DNA from: Rhodospirillaceae bacterium
GTDB taxonomy: Bacteria; Pseudomonadota; Alphaproteobacteria; UBA6615
Direction: 5' to 3'
Assembly: GCA_038132575.1 (NCBI GenBank)
Contig: JAYPRP010000004.1
Coordinates: 5,748 to 69,747, forward strand
DNA length: 64,000 bases
Below the pieces are notes generated by a model that saw only the letters and a list, made by a program, of their open reading frames with translations, ran no database searches and had not been told where the DNA came from. Of this stretch, positions 27,912-37,959 are shown piece by piece. How positions within the stretch are numbered: position 1 is the first letter of the stretch; each line of letters starts with the position of its first letter. Position numbers and translations under genes: made by a program.

Positions 27912-28394
27912 ATGGCCGATACCCGCGAAATCACCGTGACGGTCAACGGCGAGAGCCGGACCGCCACCGCCGAGACCCGCACCAGCCTGGGCGACTTCCT
28001 GCGCCAGACCCTGGGGCTGACCGGCACCCATATGGGCTGCGAACATGGAGTCTGCGGCGCCTGCACCGTCCTGGTCGACGGCGAGGCGGCACGGTCCTGC
28101 CTGATGCTCGCCGTGCAGGCGGATGGGCGCGAGATCACGACGGTCGAGGGGCTGGCCGGTGACGACGGCGCGTTGTCGCCGCTGCAGGAGGCCTTCTGGA
28201 AGCATCATGGGCTCCAGTGCGGGTTCTGCACGCCGGGGATGCTGACGTCGCTGACCGCCTATCTGCGAGACAATCCGGACCCGAGCGAGCGCGACGTGCG
28301 CGAGGCGATCTCGGGAAACATCTGCCGGTGCACCGGCTATCAGGGCATCGTCGATGCGGCGCTGGATGCCGCCAAAACCATGCGGGAGGGCTGA
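27912..28394 (+). CDS. coxS: (2Fe-2S)-binding small subunit, CoxS-like
   Basis: The plant-type 2Fe-2S ligands 'CEHGVCGACTV' and the second cluster 'CGFCTPGM...CRCTGY' are present. The ATG at 27912 directly follows the coxM stop. Confidence 0.85.
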   Translation: MADTREITVTVNGESRTATAETRTSLGDFLRQTLGLTGTHMGCEHGVCGACTVLVDGEAARSCLMLAVQADGREITTVEGLAGDDGALSPLQEAFWKHHGLQCGFCTPGMLTSLTAYLRDNPDPSERDVREAISGNICRCTGYQGIVDAALDAAKTMREG

Positions 28395-28397
28395 TCC

Positions 28398-30737
28398 ATG
28401 GTCGTTCGATATCTCGGCGCTGAAGTCCAGCGCATGGAAGATCCCCGGCTGATCACCGGCAACGGGCGATATGTCGATGACATCAAGCTGGACGGCATGC
28501 TGCACGCCGCCTTCCTCCGCTCGCCCCACGCGCATGCGAAGATGCGGTCGATCGACACGTCGCGCGCGGCCGCACTCGACGGGGTCCACCGGGTGTTCAC
28601 CCATGCGGATCTCGGGCCGAAATACAGCCACCGCATGAACCAGCTCTATCCGGCACCTGTGATCGAGCAGAACAAGACGCAGTATCCGCTGGCGAAGGAC
28701 GAGGTCTGCTACGTCGGCGAGGGGATCGCGGTTGTCGTCGCCGACAGCCGGGCGATCGCCGAAGATGCCGTCGCGCTGATCGACGTGGACTATGAGACCC
28801 TGCCGGCGGTGGTGGACATCATGACCGCGCTCGAGGATGGCGCGCCGCTGGCCCATGCCGACACGTCGTCGAACCTGATGGGGCGCATGCGCTCGCAGTT
28901 TGGCGACATCGAGGATGCCTTCGCGAAGGCGGATCATGTCTTCTCCGCGTCCTTCATGCAGCATCGCGGCGGGTGCCACTCGATGGAGACCCGCGGCTGC
29001 ATCGGCCGCGACGATCCCTGGGGCGACGGGCTCACGCTCTGGACCTCGGCGCAGTCGCCCTACCTGATACGTCGCGCGCTCTCGCGCTGGCTCGACGAGC
29101 CCGAGGAACGCATTCGCGTGGTCGCGCCCGATGTCGGCGGCGGGTTCGGGCCGAAGGCCGGCTTCTACCCCGAGGAAATCGTCATCCCGCTGCTCGCGCG
29201 CTTCATGGAACGCCCGGTGAAGTGGATCGAGGACCGGCGCGAGCACTTCATGTCCACGACGACCCAGCGGGACCAGCACTGGGCGCTCGAGGTTGCGTGC
29301 ACGAACGAGGGCAAGATTCTCGGCCTGCGCGGCAAGGTGACCCACGAGAACGGCGCGTTCGTGCCCTATGGAATCCTGCTGCCGAACAGCTCGCTGACGC
29401 CGCTTCCCGGTGCCTACAGCATCGCGGCCATCGACGTGGGCGTGGACATCGTGTTCACCAACACCGTTCCGAACTCGCCGGTGCGCGGCGCGGGCCGCCC
29501 CTGCGGCATCTACGCGGTCGAGCGCATGGTGCAGGTGGTGTCGCGGAATCTCGGGATCGACCCGGCGACGGTGCGTCGGCGGAACTATGTGCGTCCCGAG
29601 CAGATGCCCTACGAGACGGGCGCGACGCTGCGCGGCGGCGCCAAGTGCGTCTATGACAGCGGCGACTACGAGGCGCTGCTCGACAAGGCCCTCGAACTCG
29701 CCGACTACGACGGGTTCGCCGCGCGCCAGGCGGCGGCGCGGGCCGAGGGCCGGTATCTCGGGATCGGCGTCTCCTCGTGCATCGAGGACACGGGCATGGG
29801 TCCCTATGAGGGGACGACCGTGCGGGTCGAGGCGTCGGGCAAGGTCGCCGTGCGCACCGGCGCGGCGAGCCAGGGCCAGGGCCATCACACGATGATCGCG
29901 ATGATCGTCGCGGAGAATCTGGGCGTCGCACCCGAGGACATCCTGTTCGAGTCCGCGGACACCTCGAAGTTCCCGCACGGCGTCGGCACCATCGGCAGCC
30001 GCGTGGCCGCGAATGTCGGGCCGTCCGCGTTCGATGCGGCGTCCAAGGTCCGCGAGAAGGCGCTGAAGCTGGCCGCCGAGGTGCTGGAAGCATCGGAGGC
30101 CGATCTCGATATCGAGGACGGCGTGGTGCGCGTGAACGGCGCCCCGGACGTTTCGATCACCCTCGGCGAGCTCGCGGTTCAGCTTTCGCCGGCCTCGGCG
30201 ATGCGCGTGCCGGCCGGTTTCGACCCGCTGCTCGAGGCCACCTCCTATGACGGGTCGAGCGGGTCGCCGATCGCCTGCGGATCCAACGTGGCCGAGGTCG
30301 AGGTCGACATCGGTACCGGCGAGGTCCGGGTGCTGCGCTACTCGGTCGCCCATGACTGCGGCGTGATGATCAATCCGAAGGTCGTCCACGGCCAGATCGT
30401 GGGCGGCGTCGTCCACGGCATCGGCAACGCCCTGTTCGAGCGAATGATCTACGACGACCAGGGCCAGCCGCTGACCACCAACTACGGCGAGTATCTGCTG
30501 CCGCTGGCGAGCGAGATGCCCCGTGTGGACGTGACCCACATGGAAACTCCGTCGCCCCTGAACTCGCTGGGCGTGAAGGGCGCGGGCGAGGGCGGGACGA
30601 TCCCGGCCGCGGCCGCGATCGTCGCGGCGATCGAGAATGCGCTCGCGGATTTCGATGTGGAAATCGACTACTACCCGGTCGATCCGCAGATGCTGACGGA
30701 GCTCATCGACGCGGGTGCGGCCGAGGCCGCCGAGTAG
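28398..30737 (+). CDS. xanthine dehydrogenase-family molybdopterin-binding large subunit (CoxL-like, not form I)
   Basis: 779 aa with aldehyde-oxidase/XDH a/b-hammerhead and MoCo-binding domains. The active-site loop reads 'VPNSPVRGAGRP', unlike the form-I 'VAYRCSFR' and form-II 'AYRGAGR' motifs as I recall them. Confidence 0.8.
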   Translation: MVVRYLGAEVQRMEDPRLITGNGRYVDDIKLDGMLHAAFLRSPHAHAKMRSIDTSRAAALDGVHRVFTHADLGPKYSHRMNQLYPAPVIEQNKTQYPLAKDEVCYVGEGIAVVVADSRAIAEDAVALIDVDYETLPAVVDIMTALEDGAPLAHADTSSNLMGRMRSQFGDIEDAFAKADHVFSASFMQHRGGCHSMETRGCIGRDDPWGDGLTLWTSAQSPYLIRRALSRWLDEPEERIRVVAPDVGGGFGPKAGFYPEEIVIPLLARFMERPVKWIEDRREHFMSTTTQRDQHWALEVACTNEGKILGLRGKVTHENGAFVPYGILLPNSSLTPLPGAYSIAAIDVGVDIVFTNTVPNSPVRGAGRPCGIYAVERMVQVVSRNLGIDPATVRRRNYVRPEQMPYETGATLRGGAKCVYDSGDYEALLDKALELADYDGFAARQAAARAEGRYLGIGVSSCIEDTGMGPYEGTTVRVEASGKVAVRTGAASQGQGHHTMIAMIVAENLGVAPEDILFESADTSKFPHGVGTIGSRVAANVGPSAFDAASKVREKALKLAAEVLEASEADLDIEDGVVRVNGAPDVSITLGELAVQLSPASAMRVPAGFDPLLEATSYDGSSGSPIACGSNVAEVEVDIGTGEVRVLRYSVAHDCGVMINPKVVHGQIVGGVVHGIGNALFERMIYDDQGQPLTTNYGEYLLPLASEMPRVDVTHMETPSPLNSLGVKGAGEGGTIPAAAAIVAAIENALADFDVEIDYYPVDPQMLTELIDAGAAEAAE

Positions 30738-30752
30738 GGGGCAACCGGTCGC

Positions 30753-31808
30753 CTAGCGCGTCTCGATCTTGCCGTTGCCCGACAAGAGGATGGCGACGGG
30801 CCGCGTCGGCCCGAAGTATGAGCAGACGATCATCACGATCATCGTCAGCGGGACCGACAGGAACATGCCGGCCAGTCCCCAGATGCTGCCCCACACGGCC
30901 AGCGAGATCAGCACGACCAGCGGTGAGATGTTGAGCGACGTGCCCATGAGGCGCGGCTCGACCAGGTTGCCGATGATGAACTGCGTCGCGCCGCCGGCGA
31001 TGAGCACGGTGAGCACCGGCCCCGCGGTCGCGAACTGCACGACGGCCAGGAGCGTCGGCAGCAGGATGCCGAGCAGCGAGCCGATCGTCGGGATGTAGTT
31101 GAGCAGGAAGATGATGAAGCCCCAGAAGCCGGCGAAATCGACCCCGACGATCAGCAGGATCACGTAGCTGATCGCGCCGGTCAGCGCACTGGTCAGGGTC
31201 TTGATCGCGACGTAGGTCTGGATCTGCACCTGCATGCGGTGCAGCAGGTCGCGCACGTCCTCGCGATCCTCGGAATCCGGGAACAGCGCGGAGAACTTGC
31301 TCTCGAAGCTGCCCTGCTCGATCAGCAGGAACACCACGTAAACGATCACGATGCCGAACGACCCGGCGATTCCCGCCGCCGTTGAGGCGAAGGAGCGGAT
31401 CAGGGCGCGGATGTCGATCTCGTCGATCACATGGGCGATGTCGGGCGGCTGGTCGAAGCCGGCGAGGCGGGAGAGGTCGCCCACCAGCTTGTCGAAATTG
31501 GCCTGGTAGGACGGGGCCGCGGCGGCCACATTCGCCAAATTGCTGCTGATGAGCTCGGCGACCAGCGCGATCGCGACGGCGATGATGACGACCGCGCCGG
31601 AGAGCGCGAGCCAGTTCGGGAGCCGCCAGCTGCCCAGGGGGATGCGGTGCAGGAAACGCGCGAGTGCGTTGAGCAGGTACCAGATGACGATCGCGACGGC
31701 GATCGGGATGAGGAGCTCGCGGCCCTCGATCAGGAAGAAGATCGTGACCGCCGCGATCAGCACCGCGCCCGAGAAGGCGCCGATGCGAGCTGGCGCGCTG
31801 TCGCCCAT
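30753..31808 (-). CDS. AI-2E family transporter (PerM/YhhT-like)
   Basis: 351 aa with about 8 TM helices and the conserved C-terminal 'GLAGMFLSVPLTMIVMIV'. Confidence 0.72.
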   Translation of the reverse strand: MGDSAPARIGAFSGAVLIAAVTIFFLIEGRELLIPIAVAIVIWYLLNALARFLHRIPLGSWRLPNWLALSGAVVIIAVAIALVAELISSNLANVAAAAPSYQANFDKLVGDLSRLAGFDQPPDIAHVIDEIDIRALIRSFASTAAGIAGSFGIVIVYVVFLLIEQGSFESKFSALFPDSEDREDVRDLLHRMQVQIQTYVAIKTLTSALTGAISYVILLIVGVDFAGFWGFIIFLLNYIPTIGSLLGILLPTLLAVVQFATAGPVLTVLIAGGATQFIIGNLVEPRLMGTSLNISPLVVLISLAVWGSIWGLAGMFLSVPLTMIVMIVCSYFGPTRPVAILLSGNGKIETR

Positions 31809-32023
31809 TGTGTCTGCCCCGCGTTTGTCCCTATCTCGCGTTTAGCACAGATGGCGGCGATTTGGCCCCCCCTGTCGGGCCATGCCGCAGGGACGCAGCT
31901 TGGCGGCGTTGACGCCGGCGATCCGATGGTGGTTTTCTCTGCCCAAGGAAACGGCCCCGCATGCTGCGGCTTGTCGGGACGATGTTGAGTTTTTTCGTAG
32001 CTTTTTTTTGGGGAAGGGAACAC

Positions 32024-32596
32024 ATGTCCGACGGACTTGAGAATGCGCGCCTGGCCCGCGTCGAGCGCGAGGACTGCCCGCCAGAATATCTGGAAGCCTA
32101 TGATGAGGTGCTGCGCTCGCGCGGTCGCGACGTCATGCCCAACGTCTTCGCGTTGCTGGCCAACAGCCCGGGTGCGCTGGCCTGCGTCACGCCGGTCGGC
32201 GCCCATGTGCGCTACGGCACCAGCTTCGACGATGCGTTGCGCGAGTATGTCATCCTGACGGTCGCCCAGGAGCTGCGCTGCACCTACGAGTGGGGCCATC
32301 ACTGGGAATTCGCGGTGAAGGTCGGTGCGCCGGAAGAGCTCCTCAAGAAGGTCGGCACGCCCCAGATCGAGGCGGAGCCCGGGCTCGTCGGCGTGGCGAC
32401 GCGCTACGCGCGTCTCGTCACCCGCAACGAGGAGGTCGACGACGAGACGGTCGCGACCCTGAAGGCGGAGCTCGGCAATGACGGCTTCGTCGATATGACG
32501 ATCATGATCGGCTACTACGGAATGCTGGCGCGCTTCATCAACACGATGCGCCTCGAGCTCGAGGAGGGCAGCACCGCACCGCCGTTCAACGTGTAA
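32024..32596 (+). CDS. carboxymuconolactone decarboxylase (CMD/AhpD-like) family protein
   Basis: The ATG at 32024 follows GGGAAGGGAA. The CMD-domain region is 'VILTVAQELRCTYEWGHHWEF'. Confidence 0.62.
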   Translation: MSDGLENARLARVEREDCPPEYLEAYDEVLRSRGRDVMPNVFALLANSPGALACVTPVGAHVRYGTSFDDALREYVILTVAQELRCTYEWGHHWEFAVKVGAPEELLKKVGTPQIEAEPGLVGVATRYARLVTRNEEVDDETVATLKAELGNDGFVDMTIMIGYYGMLARFINTMRLELEEGSTAPPFNV

Positions 32597-32643
32597 CCCG
32601 GACCGCGCTTGGGCGGACACCGGACAGCGAGGTAGGAATCGCC

Positions 32644-33885
32644 ATGGTGAAGGTTGTCGTTCAGATGTACCCCATGCTCCGGGCCGACAGCCCGGAGGAG
32701 CGCAAGGAACTTCGCCCCATCGGCCGAAATCGCGAGCGCTACCAGGAGGCCATGGACGGGATGCCCGATCTGATCCGGGCCATGGACGATCTCGGCGTGT
32801 GGGGCGTGTCGTCCATCGAGCATCACTTCCACTCGGAAGGCTACGAGGTCGGGCCGAGCATCGGCATCAACACGGGCTATTGGGCCGGCCTCTCGAAACG
32901 CCTGCACATCGGCAGTCTCGGCTACGTCATGAGCGTGGACGATCCGATCCGGGTGGCGGAGGAGACCGCGACCCTCGACCACATGACCAAGGGCCGCTGT
33001 TTCGTCGGTTTCGCGCGCGGTTACCAGTCCCGTTGGGCGAATGTTCTCGGTCAGAAGCTCGGTTCGGTCGCGACCCTGTCCGACAAGAGCGCGTCCGACG
33101 ATCACAACCGCAAGGTCTTCGAGGAACAGGTCGATATCGTCCTGAAGGCGTGGGAGGAAGACGCCTTCGACTACAAGAGCGATCTCTGGGAATACCCCTA
33201 CCCCCATGACGAGGGGCTCGAGGGCTGGTTCATGGGCGATATCACCCGCCAGATGGGTGCGCCCGGCGAGATGGACGAGGACGGCCGGCTCCGAAAGATC
33301 TCCGTCGTGCCGGCGCCCTACACGAAGCCGCATCCGAAGGTGTTCATTGCCTCGAACGCGTCGATCGAGACGGTCGAGTATGCCGGCACCCGGGGCTTCA
33401 TCCCGTCCTATTTCTCGAGCATCGGGAGGTGCGCGGATTTCGGCCCGCGCTATACCGAGGTCGCCAACCAGCATGGCTTCAACATCGCCCACGGACAGAA
33501 CCAGGCGATCGTGCGCTGGCCCCATGTGGGTGAGAGCCACGACGACGGCGCGCAGAAGATGCTCGACTGGTCGGGAGACATCTTCCAGAACTTCTACGGT
33601 CCGCTGTTTCCCGACTGGACATCCAAGGCTGCGAACGCAGACGACAAGCGGCTGATCGAGCTGATGGACGAGACCGGCCTGTTCCAGTACGGCTCGGTGT
33701 CCGAGGTGCGCGACTCCTACGTTTCGCAGTGGAAGCAGCTTCCTGCCGAATACATCACCCTCATCTATCACTACGCCCAGTGTCCGAAGGACGACATGAT
33801 CGAGCAGCTGCGTATCTTCATGCAGGAGATCAAGCCGGCGCTGGACGAGATCGCGGATTATCCCGAGGCGGAAGCGGCGGAATAG
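32644..33885 (+). CDS. LLM-class flavin-dependent oxidoreductase (luciferase-like monooxygenase)
   Basis: 413-aa TIM-barrel LLM family with 'SSIEHHFHSEGYEV...LHIGSLGYVMSVDDP'. Confidence 0.68.
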   Translation: MVKVVVQMYPMLRADSPEERKELRPIGRNRERYQEAMDGMPDLIRAMDDLGVWGVSSIEHHFHSEGYEVGPSIGINTGYWAGLSKRLHIGSLGYVMSVDDPIRVAEETATLDHMTKGRCFVGFARGYQSRWANVLGQKLGSVATLSDKSASDDHNRKVFEEQVDIVLKAWEEDAFDYKSDLWEYPYPHDEGLEGWFMGDITRQMGAPGEMDEDGRLRKISVVPAPYTKPHPKVFIASNASIETVEYAGTRGFIPSYFSSIGRCADFGPRYTEVANQHGFNIAHGQNQAIVRWPHVGESHDDGAQKMLDWSGDIFQNFYGPLFPDWTSKAANADDKRLIELMDETGLFQYGSVSEVRDSYVSQWKQLPAEYITLIYHYAQCPKDDMIEQLRIFMQEIKPALDEIADYPEAEAAE

Positions 33886-33958
33886 GTCGCGATCGGCTAT
33901 TGTGTGTGCGGGCGGTGCCTTCGGTGCCGCCCGCACTTTTTCAAGGATTGCCCGACCC

Positions 33959-35548
33959 ATGTTGAACTCGACCTTCGCCCCCCACGGAATGGTGGTCGCC
34001 CCGCATCATCTCGCCGCCGAAGCCGGACTGGCCGTCCTGCGCGAGGGCGGCAATGCGGTCGAGGCGATGATCGCCGCGGCGGCGGCCATCGCCGTCGTCT
34101 ATCCGCACATGAACTCGATCGGCGGTGACGGGTTCTGGGTAATCGCGCCGGCGAACGGCAATCCTGTCGCCATCGATGCCTGCGGGGCCGCGGGCAGCGG
34201 CGCGACGATCGCGCGCTACGGCGAGGAGGGCCTCGATGCGGTTCCGTCGCGCGGGCCGCTCGCGGCGGTCACGGTCGCGGGCACGGTCTCGGGCTGGGGT
34301 GCAGCCGAAGAGATTTCCCGTGGTCTGGGCGGCAGGCTGCCGCTCACGCGGTTGCTGGCCGATGCGATCGGGTATGCGCGCGACGGCGTCGCGGTGACAC
34401 AGGGTCAGGTCGCCAACACGGCCGACAAGCTCTCCGAGATGGGGCCGGCGACCGGCTTCGCCGATGTCTACACCCCCGGCGGGGCCGTGCCCGCTTGTGG
34501 GGACGTCTTCCGCCAGCCACGCCTCGCGGCAACCCTCGAACGCATCGCGGAGGCGGGGACGGAGGATTTCTATCGCGGCGACCTCGCGCGTGCGATCGGT
34601 GCCGATCTCGCATCGGTGGGAAGTCCCGTGCACGCCGAGGACCTCGCGGCGCACCGGGCCGTGACCAAGGCGCCGCTGTCCCTGCGGGTCGGCGACGCGA
34701 CCCTCTACAACATGCCGCCGCCGACCCAGGGGCTGGCCTCGCTGCTGATCCTGGGCGCGTTCGACCGCCTTGAATGCGCGGACGCCGACGGGTTTGATTT
34801 CGTGCATCTGCTGGTCGAGGCGAGCAAGCAGGCGTTTGCCATCCGCGATCGCCACATCACGGACCCGGCCCATATGGACCCCGCGCCGGAAACATTCCTC
34901 ACGGCCGACGTCATCGACGGGCTCGCGGCGGGCATCGATCCGGTGCGCGCGCGCGACTGGCGGCGTGGCGGCACCGACAGCGACACGGTGTGGCTCGGCG
35001 CCATCGATGGTGACGGCAACGCGGTCAGCTTCATCCAGAGCCTCTACTGGGAGTTCGGCTCGGGCGTGGTCCTGCCGGAGACGGGCATCACCTGGCAGAA
35101 CCGGGGCGCGAGCTTCTCGCTCGACCCGGGCGCACTCAACCCGCTCGAGCCCGGACGCAAGCCGTTCCACACCCTCAACCCGGCGATGGCGCGCTTCGAT
35201 GATGGCCGGGTGATGTCCTACGGCACCATGGGTGGTGAGGGGCAGCCGCAGACCCAGGCGGCCGTCTTCTCGCGGCATGTGCGGTTCGGGATACCGGTCC
35301 AGGCGGCGATCACCGCGCCGCGCTGGCTGCTCGGCCGGACCTGGGGCAGCGACAGCACGAACCTGAAGATCGAATCCCGCTTCCCGGCGGAGGTGATAGA
35401 TGCGCTGCGGGAGGCAGGGCACGACGTCGAAGTGGTCGAGCCGTTCAGCGATCTGATGGGGCACGCCGGCGTGCTGGTGCGCCGCCCGGACGGCGTGATC
35501 GAGGCGGGCGCCGACCCGCGCAGCGACGGCGCGGCGGCCGGCTTCTGA
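33959..35548 (+). CDS. gamma-glutamyltransferase family protein
   Basis: The ATG at 33959 gives 'MLNSTFAPHGMVVAPHHLAAEAGLAVLREGGNAVEA'. A catalytic Thr is present in 'GSDTVWLGAIDGDGN' and the C-terminal 'GTMGGEGQPQ' motif is present. Confidence 0.78.
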   Translation: MLNSTFAPHGMVVAPHHLAAEAGLAVLREGGNAVEAMIAAAAAIAVVYPHMNSIGGDGFWVIAPANGNPVAIDACGAAGSGATIARYGEEGLDAVPSRGPLAAVTVAGTVSGWGAAEEISRGLGGRLPLTRLLADAIGYARDGVAVTQGQVANTADKLSEMGPATGFADVYTPGGAVPACGDVFRQPRLAATLERIAEAGTEDFYRGDLARAIGADLASVGSPVHAEDLAAHRAVTKAPLSLRVGDATLYNMPPPTQGLASLLILGAFDRLECADADGFDFVHLLVEASKQAFAIRDRHITDPAHMDPAPETFLTADVIDGLAAGIDPVRARDWRRGGTDSDTVWLGAIDGDGNAVSFIQSLYWEFGSGVVLPETGITWQNRGASFSLDPGALNPLEPGRKPFHTLNPAMARFDDGRVMSYGTMGGEGQPQTQAAVFSRHVRFGIPVQAAITAPRWLLGRTWGSDSTNLKIESRFPAEVIDALREAGHDVEVVEPFSDLMGHAGVLVRRPDGVIEAGADPRSDGAAAGF

Positions 35549-35552
35549 TCCG

Positions 35553-36224
35553 ATGCCGAACCCGGCGCTTTCGCCGTTCAAGCCCGAGCATTTCGCGCGT
35601 GAGGATTCGGCCGACGACGCGCTGTTCTATGTGCCCGAACGCATGGTCCAGCATCTGGACGATGCCGGCCGCGCGGCGTTGACAGGCTTCTATAGCGACC
35701 ATCTTCCGGCGGGCGGGCGCGTTCTCGATTTGATGTCGAGCTGGGTCTCGCATCTGCCGCACGACATGGTGTTCGACGAGGTCGCGGGACTGGGCATGAA
35801 CCGGGCCGAGCTCGCGGCCAATCCGCGGCTATCGGATCACCATGTGCATGACCTCAACACAGACCCGCGCCTGCCGTTCGGTGGCGGCGCATTCGATGCC
35901 TGCCTGATCGCGCTGTCGGTCCAGTATCTGACGCAGCCGCTGGAGGTCTTCGCCGAGATCGCGCGGGTGCTCGTGCCCGGGGGACTCTGCGTCGTATCCT
36001 TTTCAAACCGCTGTTTCCCGACCAAGGCCGTCGCGATCTGGCGGGCGCTGGGCGACGGCGGCCATGCCGGTCTGGTGGGCGCTTATTTCCGCCATGCGGG
36101 CGGGTTCGACGAGCCGGTGGGCCTGGACATCTCGCCGTCGGGCGTGGCCGGGGACCCGCTGTTCGTCGTGACCGCGCGGCGCAACGATGACATTCGACAC
36201 GAGGACAGGGCCGAAACGGAATGA
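35553..36224 (+). CDS. class I SAM-dependent methyltransferase
   Basis: A motif I-like 'RVLDLMSSWVSH' and a post-I acidic region are present; the size fits a class I MTase. Confidence 0.6.
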   Translation: MPNPALSPFKPEHFAREDSADDALFYVPERMVQHLDDAGRAALTGFYSDHLPAGGRVLDLMSSWVSHLPHDMVFDEVAGLGMNRAELAANPRLSDHHVHDLNTDPRLPFGGGAFDACLIALSVQYLTQPLEVFAEIARVLVPGGLCVVSFSNRCFPTKAVAIWRALGDGGHAGLVGAYFRHAGGFDEPVGLDISPSGVAGDPLFVVTARRNDDIRHEDRAETE

Positions 36225-36802
36225 CCGAGCAGACACCGGAGAACGACATGGACGGCCGACTGCGCCGGCTGACTTTAGAAGAGATGGACGACGCCCAGCG
36301 GGCCGCCGCGGAAAAGATGGTGGCCAGCAAGACGGGTCAGATCATCGGGCCCATGAACGCCTGGCTGCGGTGCCCCGACCTGGCCGAACGTGCCTTCGCG
36401 CTGGGCGACTATGCCCGCCACGGCTCGACGCACGAGAAACGCATCTCGGAGCTCGTCATCCTGATCGTTGCGCGCCACTGGTCCGCCCAGGTCGAGTGGT
36501 GCGTGCACAAGGTGGAGGCGCTCAAGGCGGGCCTCGACCCCGAGATCGTCGATGCCATCGAGGCGCGAGCGCGGCCGGTGTTTGCGCGGGCCGACGAGGA
36601 GCTGGTCTACGACCTGTTCACCGCGCTCCTCGAGACGAAGCAGGTCGGTGATGAGGTCTACGCCCGCGCGCTGGATGTTTTCGGCGAAGCCAAGCTGGTC
36701 GAACTGATCGCGATCTTCGGCCACTACAATCACGTGGCGGCGATCCTCAACACGTTCCGCGTGCCGGTGCCGCCGGGCTGGGCGGAGCCGTTGAAGGACT
36801 GA
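36221..36802 (+). CDS. carboxymuconolactone decarboxylase (CMD) family protein
   Basis: The CMD-domain region is 'ILIVARHWSAQVEWCVHKVEA'. Its ATG overlaps the upstream stop (ATGA). Confidence 0.62.
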   Translation: MTEQTPENDMDGRLRRLTLEEMDDAQRAAAEKMVASKTGQIIGPMNAWLRCPDLAERAFALGDYARHGSTHEKRISELVILIVARHWSAQVEWCVHKVEALKAGLDPEIVDAIEARARPVFARADEELVYDLFTALLETKQVGDEVYARALDVFGEAKLVELIAIFGHYNHVAAILNTFRVPVPPGWAEPLKD

Positions 36803-36816
36803 GTGGCCGAGGGCCC

Positions 36817-37863
36817 CTAGCCGTCGCCGTTGAAGGCGCGCATCAGGAACGCGCCGACGTCGCGGTTCGACCGGTTGCGGACGGCGTCGTCGCGGCCGAT
36901 CAGGTATCCGTCGCTGTCGGAGCACACGCCCAGGATCACCTTGCGCAGGAACGGCCCGGTCATCGGCAGCAGCGTGAGCGTGTCGCGGACGACGCCCTTG
37001 TCGTTCACGTTGAACTCGCAGTCCGCGAGGTTGCGGCCGATGGTCCGGGGGCCGGGAAACCGGCCGTCCCACTGGTGGTAGGCACCCTCGTAGAGGACGA
37101 ACTCGGCCTCCGCGCCGCCTTCGCGTAGGTCCTCGACGATCTCGTGGCAGCGCTCGGGATCGACGATCCCGTCCTCCGAGCCCGCGAGCAGGAGCACCGG
37201 TGCGCCGGTCGCGCGAATATCGTCGAACCGGGCGATGCAGGGGCCGTAGAAGGCAATATGAGCCGCGAAGCGCTTGCCGCCCGGGTTCAGGGCCTCGGCG
37301 GTCTGCTCGAACGCGCCGAGCATGGTGGACATGCCGCCGTAGGAAAAGCCCATCAGCGCGACTCGCGTGCCGTCCACCTCGGGCAGGTCATCGAGATAAA
37401 GCAGGCCGGCATAGGCATCGGCCAGGACCACGGTCTCGGTGATCTCGAGCAGGCGGTCGATGAACCCGAACGCCCGGTCGCGCCGCGCGCCGAACGCATC
37501 AACGACCAGCGCGGCGACGCCCATCTCCGCAAACTGCGCGCCGTAGGTGAGTTCCCGCGCGCTCAGGACCCCGGCCGCGCCGTGCAGCAGCACGACGGCG
37601 GGGACGGGCGCGTCGGCGCTGGCGGCCTCGGGCATGAACAGGAAGGCGTTGGCGTCGGTCGGCGGGTCGAGCATCTCGCTCTTGCCGACCTCCCAGAGGG
37701 TGAACGGACTGTGGCTCGGATATGACACGAGCTCGCCGGCCTGGCCGGAGATGGCCTCATGGTCCGGCCAGGCGGTGAGATCGACCGGGCCCGCATGCAC
37801 GTTCGTCGCCAGCGCGACGAGTGACAGGGCGAGGATCGTATGCAGAATGCGCATGAAGCTCAT
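36817..37863 (-). CDS. secreted dienelactone hydrolase-family alpha/beta hydrolase
   Basis: A signal peptide 'MRILHTILALSLVALATNVHA', a nucleophile elbow 'GFSYGGMS' and the C-terminal 'LLLAGSEDGIVD' and 'YHQWDG' are present. Confidence 0.6.
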   Translation of the reverse strand: MSFMRILHTILALSLVALATNVHAGPVDLTAWPDHEAISGQAGELVSYPSHSPFTLWEVGKSEMLDPPTDANAFLFMPEAASADAPVPAVVLLHGAAGVLSARELTYGAQFAEMGVAALVVDAFGARRDRAFGFIDRLLEITETVVLADAYAGLLYLDDLPEVDGTRVALMGFSYGGMSTMLGAFEQTAEALNPGGKRFAAHIAFYGPCIARFDDIRATGAPVLLLAGSEDGIVDPERCHEIVEDLREGGAEAEFVLYEGAYHQWDGRFPGPRTIGRNLADCEFNVNDKGVVRDTLTLLPMTGPFLRKVILGVCSDSDGYLIGRDDAVRNRSNRDVGAFLMRAFNGDG

Positions 37864-37959
37864 GGGATGGGGCCGGGGAACAATGTTGCAGGCGTTGATA
37901 TAAAGGCTGCAACGGATGCGTCCAGCACGGACGCTTCAAAATATCGGGAGACGGCGCGC

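Noticed and set aside
27831-30539. 902-aa minus-strand ORF opposite coxS and the CoxL-like gene
   Set aside because: It is antisense to genes with unambiguous Fe-S and molybdopterin domains and has low-complexity composition.
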